This document shows, piece after piece, positions 26,851-39,687 of a DNA stretch of 64,000 nucleotides. The stretch comes from Mobula hypostoma (Eukaryota). Location of the stretch: assembly GCF_963921235.1 (NCBI RefSeq), contig NC_086108.1:16120001-16184000 (forward strand), written 5' to 3'. The position numbers and the translations under genes were made by a program. Within the stretch, counting starts at the first letter, position 1. Every line of letters begins with the position of its first letter. The notes under the pieces were generated by a model. It was not told the origin of the DNA, did no database searches, and saw nothing but the letters and a program-made list of their open reading frames with translations.

Positions 26851-27044
26851 CTGGGTTGACGTTCTTGTTGAAGAAGTTGTTAATAACCCAGTTGGTGTAC
26901 AATTTTCTCTCGTTGGCAGTGGTGAGGTTTTGGAGGTTCTCCACTGCCTGCCAGAACTGCAGTGGAGGTTCTGCATCATAGATTTCCAGGAACCTCTGGA
27001 AGAAATGTATTCCTATCGGATCTGTCAGCACATCTGCCAGTTTC
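26851..27044 (-). CDS. RGSL1: RGSL1-like exon F (194 nt), start of RGS-like domain (KLADVLTDPIGIHFFQRFLEIYDAEPPLQFWQAVE...)
   Basis: Acceptor gtgtcttggcag|, donor AG|gtgagt, phase 2/1. RGS-type pattern L..VL......FF..FL......L.FW..VE. Confidence 0.88.
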
Positions 27045-27810
27045 CTGCCAAGACACACAGCAAGTCAGTGGTCAAAATTCACTCCTGCTGTCCCCTGCAT
27101 TTACCAACTGTAGAATGGCAACATCTACTAATGGTGTATGGATGAATTGGGAGGGGCCGAAGCTTCCTCTATGCTGTCTCAATTAAACACCCCTGCAACA
27201 CTTTAGTTCAGTGTAAACAGGTTTGTCCCATCACGCCTTCGAGAAGTTTCCTTTTTTTGTGATATCCTGCCCCAGTTCACAGCATCAACACTGAGTCACA
27301 CTCCCCAGAAGCCAACCTTTCAGACAGATTCCTCAGGGATATCAGTAGGAGGAAGGAGGATGTACCTGCATGACACTCAAAGCAAGCCATCAGTTCTTCA
27401 TTGGCTACATCACCTGTTTGACACAGACTATGGGTTATGGAGCTTCTATGATAAGCAATGTGACTATTCCAATGGATAGGGCAATGACACAGCTCCACCA
27501 TTGACCATATGTGAATCTCATTTTCGGTAGCCCAGCCCTACCCTTGACTTCAGCCACAGGGTGGTGAATCCATTGAATTCATTGCCACATATGGCTGTGA
27601 AGGCCAAGTCATTGAGTTTGATAGGCCCTTGACTATTCAAGGTGTCAAAGGTTAGGGGGAGGAGGCAAGAGAAGGGGGTTGGATGGGATAATATATCAGT
27701 CATAATGGAATAGCAAAACAGGGCTAAATGGGCTAATTGTGCTCCTATGTCTTCTGGCCTTATGGCCAGTGGAATCTGAGTGACTCTTATCTGCAATGAG
27801 GCCACCTTAC

Positions 27811-27916
27811 CTGGGAATTCCTTTAGGTCTGGTCAGGATCTTGTCCCCAAGTTTCAGATGTCCCATGTTCAGCTTTTTCCACAGCTCCTCTCGTAAGATC
27901 TCTTTGTTTAGTAGAC
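27811..27916 (-). CDS. RGSL1: RGSL1-like exon E (106 nt, LLNKEILREELWKKLNMGHLKLGDKILTRPKGIP)
   Basis: Acceptor cctctacctcgcag|, donor AG|gtaagg, phase 1/2. Bridges exons D and F in frame. Confidence 0.75.
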
Positions 27917-29059
27917 CTGCGAGGTAGAGGCCAATGAGTTTAAACTATTTTAAGGCTATTGTGACCATGTTAGGGAGGTGAGCATGATGATGCTAATCTG
28001 CTGGACAGGCTCACAGGCTGAAAGACCTATTCACCCAAAAGAGGTCACAACTGCTTGAGAAGGTGAGGATTTTTATGTGAAGGAGTGTCTCTCACCCACT
28101 GCAGAATTTAGGCAGCATTTGCCTAAACCCTCACCTTCTTAAGCAGTTGTGACCTCTCTAGCCTCAGTCTCCATTCTGACTCTGACATAGCCCCTGGCCT
28201 CACCTCACACTGTCAACTTCAAATGCCCAGTCCAAGCCCAGGTGTTAATGAGTTATTTACCACAAAGGTCTGCATGTTGCCATCTCTCTTGTGACCAGGT
28301 TTGAGTGATCTGAGATAGTGATTAAGATCCTTCCCCAGCTCTCTCCATATCCTCTCTGATCCGAATTCATCTCAGCTCAAAGTGTTTTCAGCTGCTTGAG
28401 GGTGAGTTCACCCCACAGTCTGAGGGTGCTTCTTATGCTGGGATCTGGTGGGGTTCAATACCAATGCAGCCGCTAACACAGCCATTGTATATCCTCAGAG
28501 AGAGTGCCACACTCCACCCTTTCATCATTGCTCCGCTGACATGTGAATCCTTGTTGTCTCTGCACCCATACATCCACACTGCTCTGTCCTTCCTCTTTGA
28601 AGAAAAAAGCAGCTGATTCCTCAACTAAATGTTCCTTAATCTCCCATTTCACATTGGACAGAACCCATGATCCTAAGAGTTTGGAATCCTAATATGGAAT
28701 GGGAAATGGCATGTCAGTACCAGGATATTCAGAATGGTCAAATCAATCATTTGGATAGTGCAGACCTGAACCCCACTTCCTACACCAGTCAAGATGTATA
28801 GTGTTAAAATATAGACTCTGCTCTATTCCTACAGTCAATTGTTTTAATAGACATTCCATCAGCTAGTTGTAGAGTTGACTCTCTGATATTGTAAGAGATA
28901 AGTAGACTGGGTTTGCTGTGTTGGTGTTTTTAGCTACATAATCCTGTGATGCCCTATTTAACTAGACCAGTAGCCGCTGCATTTAACTGGACCTCCATGT
29001 AGTGAGCAATTTAAGAGATTTCCCCATGGTTCAGTGTTTGTCAACAGCCTGCTCTTTCT

Positions 29060-29293
29060 TTAGCGATACAGCACGGAATAGCCCTTCTGGTCCTTCGAGC
29101 CACGCTGCCCCCCCGATTTAACCCCAGCCAAATCATGGAACAATTTGCAACATCAATTAATCTACTGCCTGGTACGTCTTTGGACGTTCCACAGGGTGGG
29201 ACGTACAAACACCTCACAGAAGATGCCGGAAATGAATTTTAAACTCTGACACCCCGACAGAGTGCTGACAACCGCAATGCTACCATGGCGCCC
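29060..29293 (-). mobile_element. Degenerate tRNA-derived SINE (same family as 57862-58122)
   Basis: Shared blocks gatttaaccc, ggacgtaca and atgctacc.tggc.cc. Confidence 0.6.
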
Positions 29294-29464
29294 ACATTTG
29301 CTGTACTGGTTGTTTTTAAATAGACCACTTTGTAATCTTGTAAATAGATTGTTTGCTCTGTTACTGAGTGTAGATTAGTGTAATCTAGGGATAAAAAGAC
29401 TCTATTTGCCATATTACTTTGTTTAAACAGATTCTGCTTAGTTCTGTGTGTAAATATATTGCAA

Positions 29465-29810
29465 ATGATGGAAAAAACTCAACAGATCAGTCAGCATCTG
29501 TTGAAAGAGGAAAAGGTAATATTTGAGTCCAAGACACTTCTTCAGATCAAAGAAAGAGAGAAACAGGTTGCTTAGGTAGGAGAGAGAGAGAGGCAGAAAA
29601 ACCTAATCTTAGCCTTGTAAAAGTGACGTTATATCACTGTGTGAGAAATTACCCGTTCCATCCATTATCCTGCCCTAGTCTTCTCTGCTACCCAGATTAA
29701 CTTGCTTCTCTCTCAGATCTGATGAAAGATTCCAGACCTGAAACTGTTCTCTTTCTACAAGTGCTGCTGGACCAGGTTTTTGCCGCATCTCTAATTTTCA
29801 TCTCTGATGT
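29465..29810. mobile_element. Old Penelope-like inverted-arm element; hammerhead remnant CTGATGA(29719)-14 nt-GAAA
   Basis: Left arm actcaacagatcagtcagcatct..cttcttcagatc; right arm gatctgatgaaag..gaaactg..tgctgctggacc. Confidence 0.5.
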
Positions 29811-30741
29811 AGCCCATGGAAGTACTTGTTGTATTTTTGTATTAGACTCTCCGTGGTCCAGAGTAATGATAGAGTGCGAACCCATGATCAGCTCCAATTC
29901 TTGACCAACTCACCAATTTAAACGTTGGGCAAGACTGAAATCAATGAGGACAAGAATGTAAGGCAAGTGGGTGTTCAGCGCTGTCTAAATCTTTGAATCT
30001 CCACCTGCCTGCATTTGACTGGTCTCCCTCTCCCTCTCACTTGCTGATGCCAGAGAAAGGTGCATGAGTCTTGGGTCTTGGGCAAGGTTTGATTGGCGTA
30101 GTTTGTGGACTGAACTCATTTTTAGAGGACTGCAGTTCATGTCACATGTGTTCTGGTTTCTAGTTACTCTTTTTTTTAATGCTATTTTGCACAAGTTTGT
30201 TCAGAGCAGACTGGCATGTGATAAAATGTGTCCAAACTTACAGCCTCCAATCAACAGATGACACAAGGCTAAATTGAACTGAACAGAACTAAACTGAACA
30301 TTCTGAGCCTGTTTCAAGAATGTAGTGGTTTTATGTTTAATATTCTGTGTGTTACTTGCTCTTTTGTTTTGCAGTTTGCACAATTTGTTGTTTTTTTCGT
30401 GCATTGGGTGTTTATTGTTTTCTTTGAATAAGTTCCATGGTGTTTCGTTGTTTCATGGTTGTTTGCGGGAAGACAAATCTCATACTGCATATGTAGTTTA
30501 ATAATAAATGCACTTTGAATCTTTGAGTATATTGTGTAAGAACTCTGGGGTTATTGCATGGCTGATTCAATACAGTCTCATATGGCACATACTATATTGT
30601 TTTCTTTAAGGTCTGCTACTAATTCTACCCTTCAGTGGGGGACACAGTGGTGTCAATACAAGTTCTAATCAAAAGTGATAGATGGGGCTGGTGGGCAGAT
30701 AGCCAGCAAACTGGTAAAAACAATATAAGCTCCGTACATAC

Positions 30742-30849
30742 CAAGTAGAACCATTTTCTTATAATATCGATGAAAGTTCTTGCTCAGCTCCTCAACTGCA
30801 AGTTTTGGATACTTCAGTGCAAGCTCCTCAAAGGTCATGCTCTTAATAT
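30742..30849 (-). CDS. RGSL1: RGSL1-like exon D (108 nt, IKSMTFEELALKYPKLAVEELSKNFHRYYKKMVLL)
   Basis: Acceptor ccccatcccacag|, donor G|gtatgt, phase 1/1. The M.FEEL..K.PK.A motif is as recalled for RGSL1. Not in the ORF track. Confidence 0.85.
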
Positions 30850-31046
30850 CTGTGGGATGGGGTGGTAGTGGGACAGGGACAACAGAAAGACAAGGTCAGT
30901 GGTGCAACGAACGTCAGTCACTGGCTGACAGATTCTGGAATCAAAGTGAAGTGAATTTATGTCATAGAAATGGGTTATTTACAAATAGGCAGGATGTGAG
31001 AATGCAAAGAGGCCATTCAGGCTTGTGATAAAATATGCCAAACTCA

Positions 31047-31658
31047 TGTAACACTCAGCTCTATCAACCCACGTTTGTCTAGGGGAAACCGCCGTCTGCC
31101 CGCCAGACTGTGTCTCATGTTTGCGTAGATGCTGTGTAATGCACTCCGGTACAACCCACAACGTTAAATATCAGGCAGCACACAATGTACGTTGAAACGA
31201 CTACACTTTATAAGTATTACTGTGACTATGGGGTTAGTAGAGAAAGAAAAATATAAAAAGGCGCCAAAAATAGGGATTATACAGTTCTTGCACAACGTTG
31301 GAGCTCACGCAATGTCCTCAATCCACCATTTGATTTCCTCCGAACTCCACGACCCTCGGACTGGGACCAACCACAGTGGTCTACCAGAGCGCGTCCCGCA
31401 TGTCCTTCCTCTTCGCCTCTCCTCGCCGATCTCCCGCGCACTCACCCAGGTTCCCACACATACAAATAGAATAACATGACTTCCATTGGTTAGTTCCCCG
31501 TTATCTATAAATATAACCCAAACATTTCAGCTACAAAGAACATTACCTCATCAGTTAACATTACAGAGAAGCCATTTCATTACAGCACTACAGAGAAGCC
31601 ATTTTATTATTAGCAGTTAACAGTTACAATTACAGTTAATAGTACTGAGAACTCTACA
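31047..31658 (-). repeat. Gypsy 3' LTR
   Basis: Direct repeat of 39711-40314. Confidence 0.95.
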
Positions 31659-31672
31659 TTCTCCCCCCACCG
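31659..31672 (-). promoter_or_regulatory. Polypurine tract
   Basis: Minus-strand CGGTGGGGGGAGAA immediately before the 3' LTR. Confidence 0.85.
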
Positions 31673-32767
31673 AATTTAGTCATGCCCTCATGACGTTCAG
31701 ATAATTCGCCAACCCTTCCTGCAAAACACAGAGCTCAATCCAAGTGCAGAAAGCAGTGACATAACTCCCCAAAGCAGTAGAGATCACACCCTCTCCCCAG
31801 GCGCTACATAGGCCAACCTCTCCGGGAGGTTCCTAATCCTCTGAGACCTCCATACCCCCTCTTCTAGATCGTCCATCTCAGACACTACAGGAGACATTTT
31901 GGGGCTACCTGGTGAAACCTCCTGCGATCTGTCACTCAAACCCCTCTGCAACTCGGAGCCCCATGTCCCGGGTTTAGGCCCCACTTCCTCTCCTCCCGAG
32001 TCTTGCTTCACTCCCTGTTGCCCACCAACAGCCCCCCTCACCTCCCCTGACACAGTGGGAGAAGGGCCTGGAACAGCAGCATGTACCACTCATCCTCCGA
32101 ATCAGTATCCCTTTCCGGGGTTGGGCCTGGCCCCATCTCTTTCACGGTGGGCCCTTCAATCGCCCCGCACCTTCACAGAGTCCTCGTACTAGGTGTAAAC
32201 TCCAACTCGGGCTCTAGGTCTACCTGCACCTCTTGTTCCGGGGCAACAGTTGGTTCCAATGGAAAATCTTGACAGGCCCCTTCCCTTCGTCTGGTCTCAC
32301 CCGGAAAACCGGTAGATTTGGCATCTGACTCTCCACCACATAGGGCGTAGCCACCCAGCGGTCAGCCAACTTGTGCTTTCCAGGTAATCCCAAATTCCTT
32401 ATGAGGACTCAGTCTCCCAGCAGGAGTTGGGAGAACTTCACTTTTTGGTTATACCTCCTCTTATTTCCCCGATTCTGCATGGCGGCCGCCACCCCAGCCA
32501 ATTTGTACGCCCTTTTCAGCTCTCTCCTCATATCAGACACATACTTCAGATAACGCTTCGGTGGTACATCACCCGTGTCAGTCCCAAAACAGAGGTCAAT
32601 GGGCAACCTCGCCTCACACCCAAACATCAGATAATAGGGTGAATACCCAGTGGCTTCATTGCGGGTACAGTTGTAACAGTGAACTAGATGCCCAATATGT
32701 TGACTCCATCTGCTGTTTTTGCTGATCTCCAAAGTACTGAGCATGTCTAGCAAGGTCCGATTAAACC

Positions 32768-33882
32768 ATATATAGCCATATAACAATTACAGCACAGAAA
32801 AAGGCCATCTCGGCCCTTCTAGTCCGTGCCGAACTCTTACTCTCACCTAGTCCCACCGACCTGCACTCAGCCCATAACCCTCCATTCCTTTCCTGTCCAT
32901 ATATCTATCCAATTTAACTTTAAACGACAACATGGAACCTGCCTCAACCACTTCTGCTGGAAGCTCGTTCCACACAGCTACCACTCTCTGAGTAAAGAAG
33001 TTCCCCCTCATGTTACCCCTAAACTTTTGCCCTTTAATTCTCAACTCATGTCCTCTTGTTCGAATCTCCCTCACTCTCAATGGAAAAAGCCTATCCACGT
33101 CAATTCTATCAATCCCCCTCATAATTTTAAATACCTCTATCAAGCCCCTCTCAACCTTCTACGGTCCAAAGAATAAAGACCTAACTTGATGAACCTTTCT
33201 CTGTAACTTAGGAGATGAAACCTAGGCAACATTTTAGTAAACCTCCTCTGTACTCTCTCAATTTTATTGACATCTTTCCTATAATTCGGTGGCCAGAACT
33301 GTACACAATACTCCAAGTTTGCCTTACCAATGCCTTATACAATTTCAACATTACATCCCAACTCCTATACTCAGTGCTCTGATTTATAAAGGCCAGCATA
33401 CCAAAAGTTTTCTTTACCACCCTATCCACATGAGATTCCACCTTCAGGGAACTATGCACCATTATTCCTAGATCCCTCTGTTCTACAGCATTCTTCAATG
33501 CCCTACCATTTACCATGTATGTCCGATTTTGATTAGTCCTACCAAAACATAGCAGCTCACATTTTTCAGCATTAAACTCCATCTGCCATCTTTCAGCCCA
33601 CTCTTCTAACTGGCCTAAATCTCTCTGCAAGCTTTGAAAACCTACTTCTTTATCCACAACACCACCTATCTTAGTATCATCTGCATACTTGCTGATCCAA
33701 TTTACCACCCCATCATCCAGATCATTAATATATATGACAAACCACATTGGACCCAGTACAGATCCCTGAGGCACACCGCTACACACCATCCGCGAATCTG
33801 ACACACAGTTATCCACCACTACTCTCTGGCGTCTCCCATCTAGCCACTGCTGAATCCATCTTACTACTTCAATATTAACGCC
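32768..33882 (-). mobile_element. CR1 nested in Gypsy integrase (duplicated TAAACC)
   Basis: Removing it restores QPERFNRTLLDM; closely similar to 19870-20990. Confidence 0.93.
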
Positions 33883-36520
33883 TAAACCTCTCAGGCTGGG
33901 GATTGCCCTGCAGGTGATGGGGCATGGTCCTCGGTTTCTCAACTCCCAGCATGCCCAGTAACTCATAGATGAGCTTACTCTCAAAATCCCGTCCCTGGTC
34001 ACTATGTATCCACTGGGGAAGGCCATAATGCACAAAATACTTCTCCCATAACACTTTTGCCACCGTAGTCACCCTCTGGTCCAGTGGTAGGAAAAGCACT
34101 ACTGCACATAGTGTAGTACATATCTAGTGTAGTGGTCTGTGATGACTAAGACATTCGCCGTGTTGCTGGCATCAGGTTCTATGGACAGAAAATCCATACA
34201 CGCCAGATCCAGGGGGGCCTGCACTCTGCAGGTGTGACAAAGGAGCTGCCTGCACAGGCATATGCAGTGAATGCCTGACTTGCAATATTCTTTAACTTCA
34301 TTCTGGGCCACTAAAACCTGTCCTTGAGCAATCCATAGGTCTTCTCCACCCCCAAATGCCCAGAATCATCGTGTAGTGACTTCAACACAATCTTCCGATA
34401 CTTCTCGGGCAGGACCAACTGCCAACACCGAGGTCGGTCCGGGGGTGACGTTACCCGGTATAAAATTTGTTTCCTCAACTTTAACCGAGGCCATTCCCTC
34501 AGTAATGGAGGCACTGAAGCGTGTTTCGTCTACTCCGCCCACGCTATATTCCCCTTTTGCACCGCGTACCAAATGGTGCCAATGCCCAGGTCATCTCGCT
34601 GAGCAACTGCCACTTTCCCTGGACTCAATTCAGGCAGCTGTTCGGTCTTCAGAACAGTTAGGTCACAGTAAACTGGGGGTAGGGCATCGTCAAAAGCCCC
34701 CAATGGGTCCACTGCGCAATCCAGCCTCTCCTTTTCCTTGCCCTTCACAGTGATAGCAAACTGAAACGTGGCTTTCACCTCAGGGGCAGGAACGCTCTCC
34801 CACTCCTCATCCCTCTCCAGTTCCCCGTGCATCTGTTGGGACAAAGCGTCTGCATCAACGTTCTGGCTCCCCGGCTGGTACTTCAGGCTGAAATCATACG
34901 ACGACAAGGCTGCCAACCACCGATGGCCTGCAGCATCCAGTTTTCCCGAAGTCAGGATGTAAGTAAATGGGTTGTTGTCCGTCTTCACCTCAAACTTGGC
35001 CCCGTAGAGATAGTCACTCAGCTTATCCACCACCGCCCATTTTAATGCCAGGAACTCCAACTTGTGGGTGGGGTAGTTTCTCTTGGAGGATGACAAACTC
35101 TGGCTGACAAACGCTACAGGTCTCAATCCGGTGCCCTGATCTTGATACAAGACTGCCCCTAATCCCTTTTGGCTGGCATCGGTGTGTAGTACATAGGGCA
35201 ATCGGGGGTCCGCAAAAGCCAGCACTGGTACCTGGGTCAGCAACTCTTTCAGCAATTTAAAAGCTTCCTCACATTTCGCATCCCACCTGTGTCCGAAGGG
35301 CTCCGATGGGTTGAGATATTCTCCAATCTCCTGTCCCCTTTTCCCTTTCCCTTTCTTCCCCAAAGGAGGGTAACCACGCAGAAGCTGGTTCAAGGGGTGA
35401 CTCACTTTGGCGTAGCCCTTCATGAATATCCAATAATAACCACAGAACCCCAAGAACGAGTGCAGAGCACTCACAGTCTCGGGCCTTGGCCACATGGTCA
35501 CTGCTTCTATCTTAGCCGGCTGTAGCTACTCCATTCCGCAAGACTATGTGCCCAACATAGCTAACAGACATCTTGCAGAACTGGCACTTGTCCAGGGAGA
35601 GTCTTAACCCTTCCTCCTTCAGTCGGCTTAGCATCTTCAGTAGCTTCGTTTCATGTTCTTCCAAGGTGGATCCAAATGCTATCAAGTCATCCAGCACTTC
35701 AAGCAAATTCATATCCCCCACCATATTCTCCATGACCCCTGGAAGATGGCCAGGGCTCCCAATATGCCCTGGGACATCCTTTCGAATTGGAAAAGTCCCA
35801 GAGGGCAAATAAATTCTGTCTTCTCTTTGTCGGCCTCACTCATCAGGATCTGGTAATATCCACTCCTCAAGTCCAGCACACTAAACCAGCGCGTCTTCGA
35901 CCCTCAGGACTGTATACTGCCAGGGACAGTGCGCCGGTTCAGGGTCCTATAGTCCACACACATGCATACCTTTCCGTTCTTCTTCCGGGTCACTACTATT
36001 GGGGATGTATAAGGGCTTTGGGATTCAGAGATGATTCCAGCTTCCTTCAACTTACACAGGTGCTGGGATCTTCCACATCTGCAGGGGCCAGCCGCCGTGA
36101 CCTCTCTCTAAACAGGGTGTCCTCAGTCACCTGGATGGTGTGGCGAGTGCTCTTGGAACAACCCACATCAAACTCGCCACAGGAAGAAACATCTTCTCCA
36201 CCAGCCTTTGCTTCCAACCTGGCAGCACAGGAGAGTCCCCAAAGTTAAAGGCCTCAGCAGTCAGCTTTCCTCTGTTTTCCAATCTGTCCCCCCAAGTAGG
36301 CCTCAAGCGGGGGGGGGGCGCTAGACATTACCGTCACTGGGAACTAATGCGCCAGCAGCATCCCTCTCTTAAAGGTGATTTCTCTTTTCGTAGTGTTCCT
36401 GACAATCACAGTAACACCGAGAGCCTCTGCACTTTGGGTCTCACCAGCACCCCAGCCGGAAATCGTGACTCCCCCTCGAGGTCTTCCACTAAGAGGGCCT
36501 CGCCATCAGGCACTCTGGCA

Positions 36521-37679
36521 AATAAGACCATAAGACAAAGGAGCAGAAGTCGGCCATTCAGCCCATCGAGTCCGCTCTGCTATTATATCATGAGCTGATC
36601 CATTCTCCCATTTAGTCCCACTCCCCCACCTTCTCTCCATAACCTTTGATGCCCTGGCTACTCAGATACCTATCAATCTCTGCCTTAAATACACCCAATG
36701 ACTTGGCCTCCACTGCTGCCCGTGGCAATAAATTCCATAGATTCACCACCCTCTGACTAAAAAAATGTCTTCGTATTTCTGTTCTGAATGGGCGCCCTTC
36801 AATCCTTAAGTCATGCCCTCTTGTACTAGACTCCCCCATCATGGGAAACAACATTGCCACATCCACTCTGTCCATGCCTTTCATCATTCGAAATGTTTCT
36901 ATGAGGTCTCCCCTCATACTTCTAAACTCCAAGGAATACAGTCCAAGAATGGACAAACGTTCCTCATATGTTAACCCTCTCATTCCCAAAATCATTCTAG
37001 TGAATGTTCCCTGTACTCCCTCCAACGTCAGCACATCCTTTCTTAAATAAGGAGACCAAAGCTGCCCACAGTGCTCCAAGTGAGGTCTCACCAGCGCCTT
37101 ATAGAACCTCAACATCACATCCCTGCTCCTATACTCTATTCCTCTAGAAATGAATGCCAACATTGCATTCGCCTTCTTCACCACAGACTCAACCTGGAGG
37201 TTAACCTTAAGGGTATCCTGTATGAGGACTCCCAAGTCCCATTGCATCTCAGAACTTTGAATTCTTTCCCCATTTAAATAATAGTCTGCCCACTTATTAC
37301 TTCTGCCAAAGTGCATAACCACACACTTTCCAACATTGTATTTCATTTGCCACTTCTTTGCCCATTCTTCCAATCTATCCAAGTCTCTCTGCAGACTCTC
37401 TGTTTCCTCAGCACTACTGGCCCCTCCACCTATCTTCATATCATCAGCAAACTTAGCCACAAAGTCATCTATTCCATAATCCAAATCGTTGATGTACAAG
37501 GTAAAAAGAAGTGGCCCCAACACGGACCCCTGTGGAACACCACTGGTAACCGGCAGCCAACCAGAATAGGATCCCTTTATTTCCACTCTCTGTTTCCTGC
37601 CAACCAGCCAACGCTCTATTCACGTATGTAACTTTCCCGTAATTCCACGGGCTCTTATCTTGTTAAGTAGCCTCATGTG
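36521..37679 (-). mobile_element. Young CR1 nested in Gypsy pol (duplicated TGGCA), open 324-aa RT/C-terminal ORF
   Basis: GVPQGSVLGP, FADDMK; tail (GTCTTATG)n. Confidence 0.93.
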
Positions 37680-38308
37680 TGGCATCTGGGGGTTCCCATC
37701 ACTCTCGCTATTTCCCTGTGCCTTATTACCTTAGGCTTTGACTGGGTGCACCACACAGTCCCTCGTTTAAATTCAGTATCTGGCCCAGGGCAGCTCCGCA
37801 CTTCCTCAAAAGCAGCTCGAAACACTGGGTGCACAGCCTGGGTCTCCAAAAGGTTCTCACCCTCCCTCTCCTGGCAGGCCCCCATGAGCCTCCGCACCAC
37901 AGGGGTGTTGGTCCCCATCAAAATTGAAGCACCCCCCCTTCTCAACTGGGTCCGGACAAACCGGCACGAACGTCTCCAGAACTTCGGACACTCCCACATC
38001 GGCTTCTGGAAACTCCAGTCTCACTGACAAATACCCGTCATACGGATAATCACCAGCACTGACGCCCCAAATCTCCAGCACACTGAATGGGGTCAGGGGC
38101 AAATGCTTTAAATACTGGTTGTAAAACAAACGGTATAGTAACCCGCGACCCGGTGTCGAGTATGGCTTTAGCATAGGTTCCCTCCATCCGTAGCGACACG
38201 TTGGATCGGGGTCCCACTAATCCTTCCAGAATCGGGTCTTTTGCTTTCGGGGGTTCCGTGGTACATTTCTGGGAACATGTTCCCCCCCAGAGACACCAGG
38301 CTGTTCCC

Positions 38309-39645
38309 TCACTGGGTCTCCTCTAAGTTTCCCAACATCTCTCCCTGCTTGGATACCCAGGGACTCGCCCTCCGAGGGGCTCCCTGCCACTCACACTCTC
38401 TCCGAAAGTGTCCCTCTTTTCTACAGTTATAGCACACGCTACTGGTCACCCCTCTTCTCGCAGACCCCCCACCACTCACAGCCCTTTGCGCTGTCCGTCC
38501 CCTGGGGGGGGGCCCTGCCTACCGCCCCCTCAGTTCTCAGCTCGGCCACCACCTCCTTTATCAATTTCCGGGTGCAGCTGGCTCTGCTCACTTCCCCACC
38601 AGGGGCTGCAACTGAGGCTTTCACCCTACTGAAAGAGCCCTCCCGCGGCCTCAACATGTTCTCATCCCCCCTCACGTCTCGGATCAGTGAACGACCGTCA
38701 GAGGAGAGCATGTTTTATAGGACTGCTGGAGACCACAAGCAGTCTTGTCCTCAGCCTGGGCACCCCTAGTTACCTGATCCATCCTTAACTGATACACCTG
38801 TTCAGCCTGAATGACCCCCCACCCCCGGCACCGCAGCCCCCTAAGCCGTCTCTCTAGCCGAAAGATGTACGCGGAGAGCTTCTCACCCTGCTCCAGACAC
38901 ATGCTCTGAAACTCCCTGAGGAGTTTCCAAGGCCTCCAGATAGTCAGTCAGAGCGACAGCGGGCTGGTTATCCTTCACACTGCACACTACCCCAGCCGCC
39001 ACTCCCCGCAAACCTTCAACCAATCGCTGTCACTTCTCCTCATCCGAGCACTGCCACTCACTTAACAACTGTGTTGTTTGCTCTATCCACGTCTCATAAT
39101 CCTCTTCACCTTCGGGGGTGGGTGTTATCCCAGAGAAAATTCTTATCCTCTGGCGGGGCCCCTCTGCCTTTCTCGCCAGGGAGGTAATTGCAGATGCCAA
39201 CTCGGAAGTCTCTCTTTTCCCTAAGGGGCAGGAACTAACCAAATTCTCCAAATCTGACCACTCTTTCCCTTCATCCCTCAGTACCAAAAGAATTAGTTCC
39301 CTAAGATCTCCTCCCTCCTCTGCTGGCGACTCAGCTCGCTGGGCTCCGGCCCCTCCCTTCCCGACAATTTGCAGACACCATGGTCCCACCTCCCCTAGGA
39401 TGCCAGTCCTCTCCAGCAACTCCGCCCCTCGTAAGTCTTCGCTTGTCCACACCAACACTAGGCCCGTGCCCGTCTCAAAATCAAAGTTTCGCGATACAAT
39501 TTCCACTTTGCCAGCAGCTTTAACCGTACTCAAACCTCGGAGTATCACTTCATCTGATACATTAGTCCTCACCCCCTTCAACACACACGCATTGCTTACT
39601 GGCACCCCCGCAGCCGCACACCATCGCTGAAAGGCAGCTGTCAAC
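38309..39645 (-). pseudogene. Gypsy gag, PNMA-like, with CCHC knuckle CYNCRKEGHFRREC (38393-38434)
   Basis: RIRIFSGITPTPEGEEDYETWIEQ...WQCSDEEK and QGEKLSAYIFRLE resemble the PNMA/Ma capsid family. Confidence 0.85.
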
Positions 39646-39687
39646 TGTACTTTAAAGAGAGTGGTCACATAGGTTCTACAGAATTCA

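Larger units (their letters stand above)
31780..38300 (-). pseudogene. Gypsy pol (protease, RT, RNase H, integrase), disrupted
   Basis: AILDTGS (PR, ~38150), LDDLIAF (RT), LHTDAS..GLGAVL and YPTHKLEFLALKWAV (RNase H), HDDSGHLG, MDFL, IHSDQGRDFES and ERFNRTL (IN). Confidence 0.92.

Noticed and set aside
28433..28690. Possible extra exon between D and E
   Set aside because: Phase-1 readings hit stops, there is no convincing donor, and D joins E in frame.
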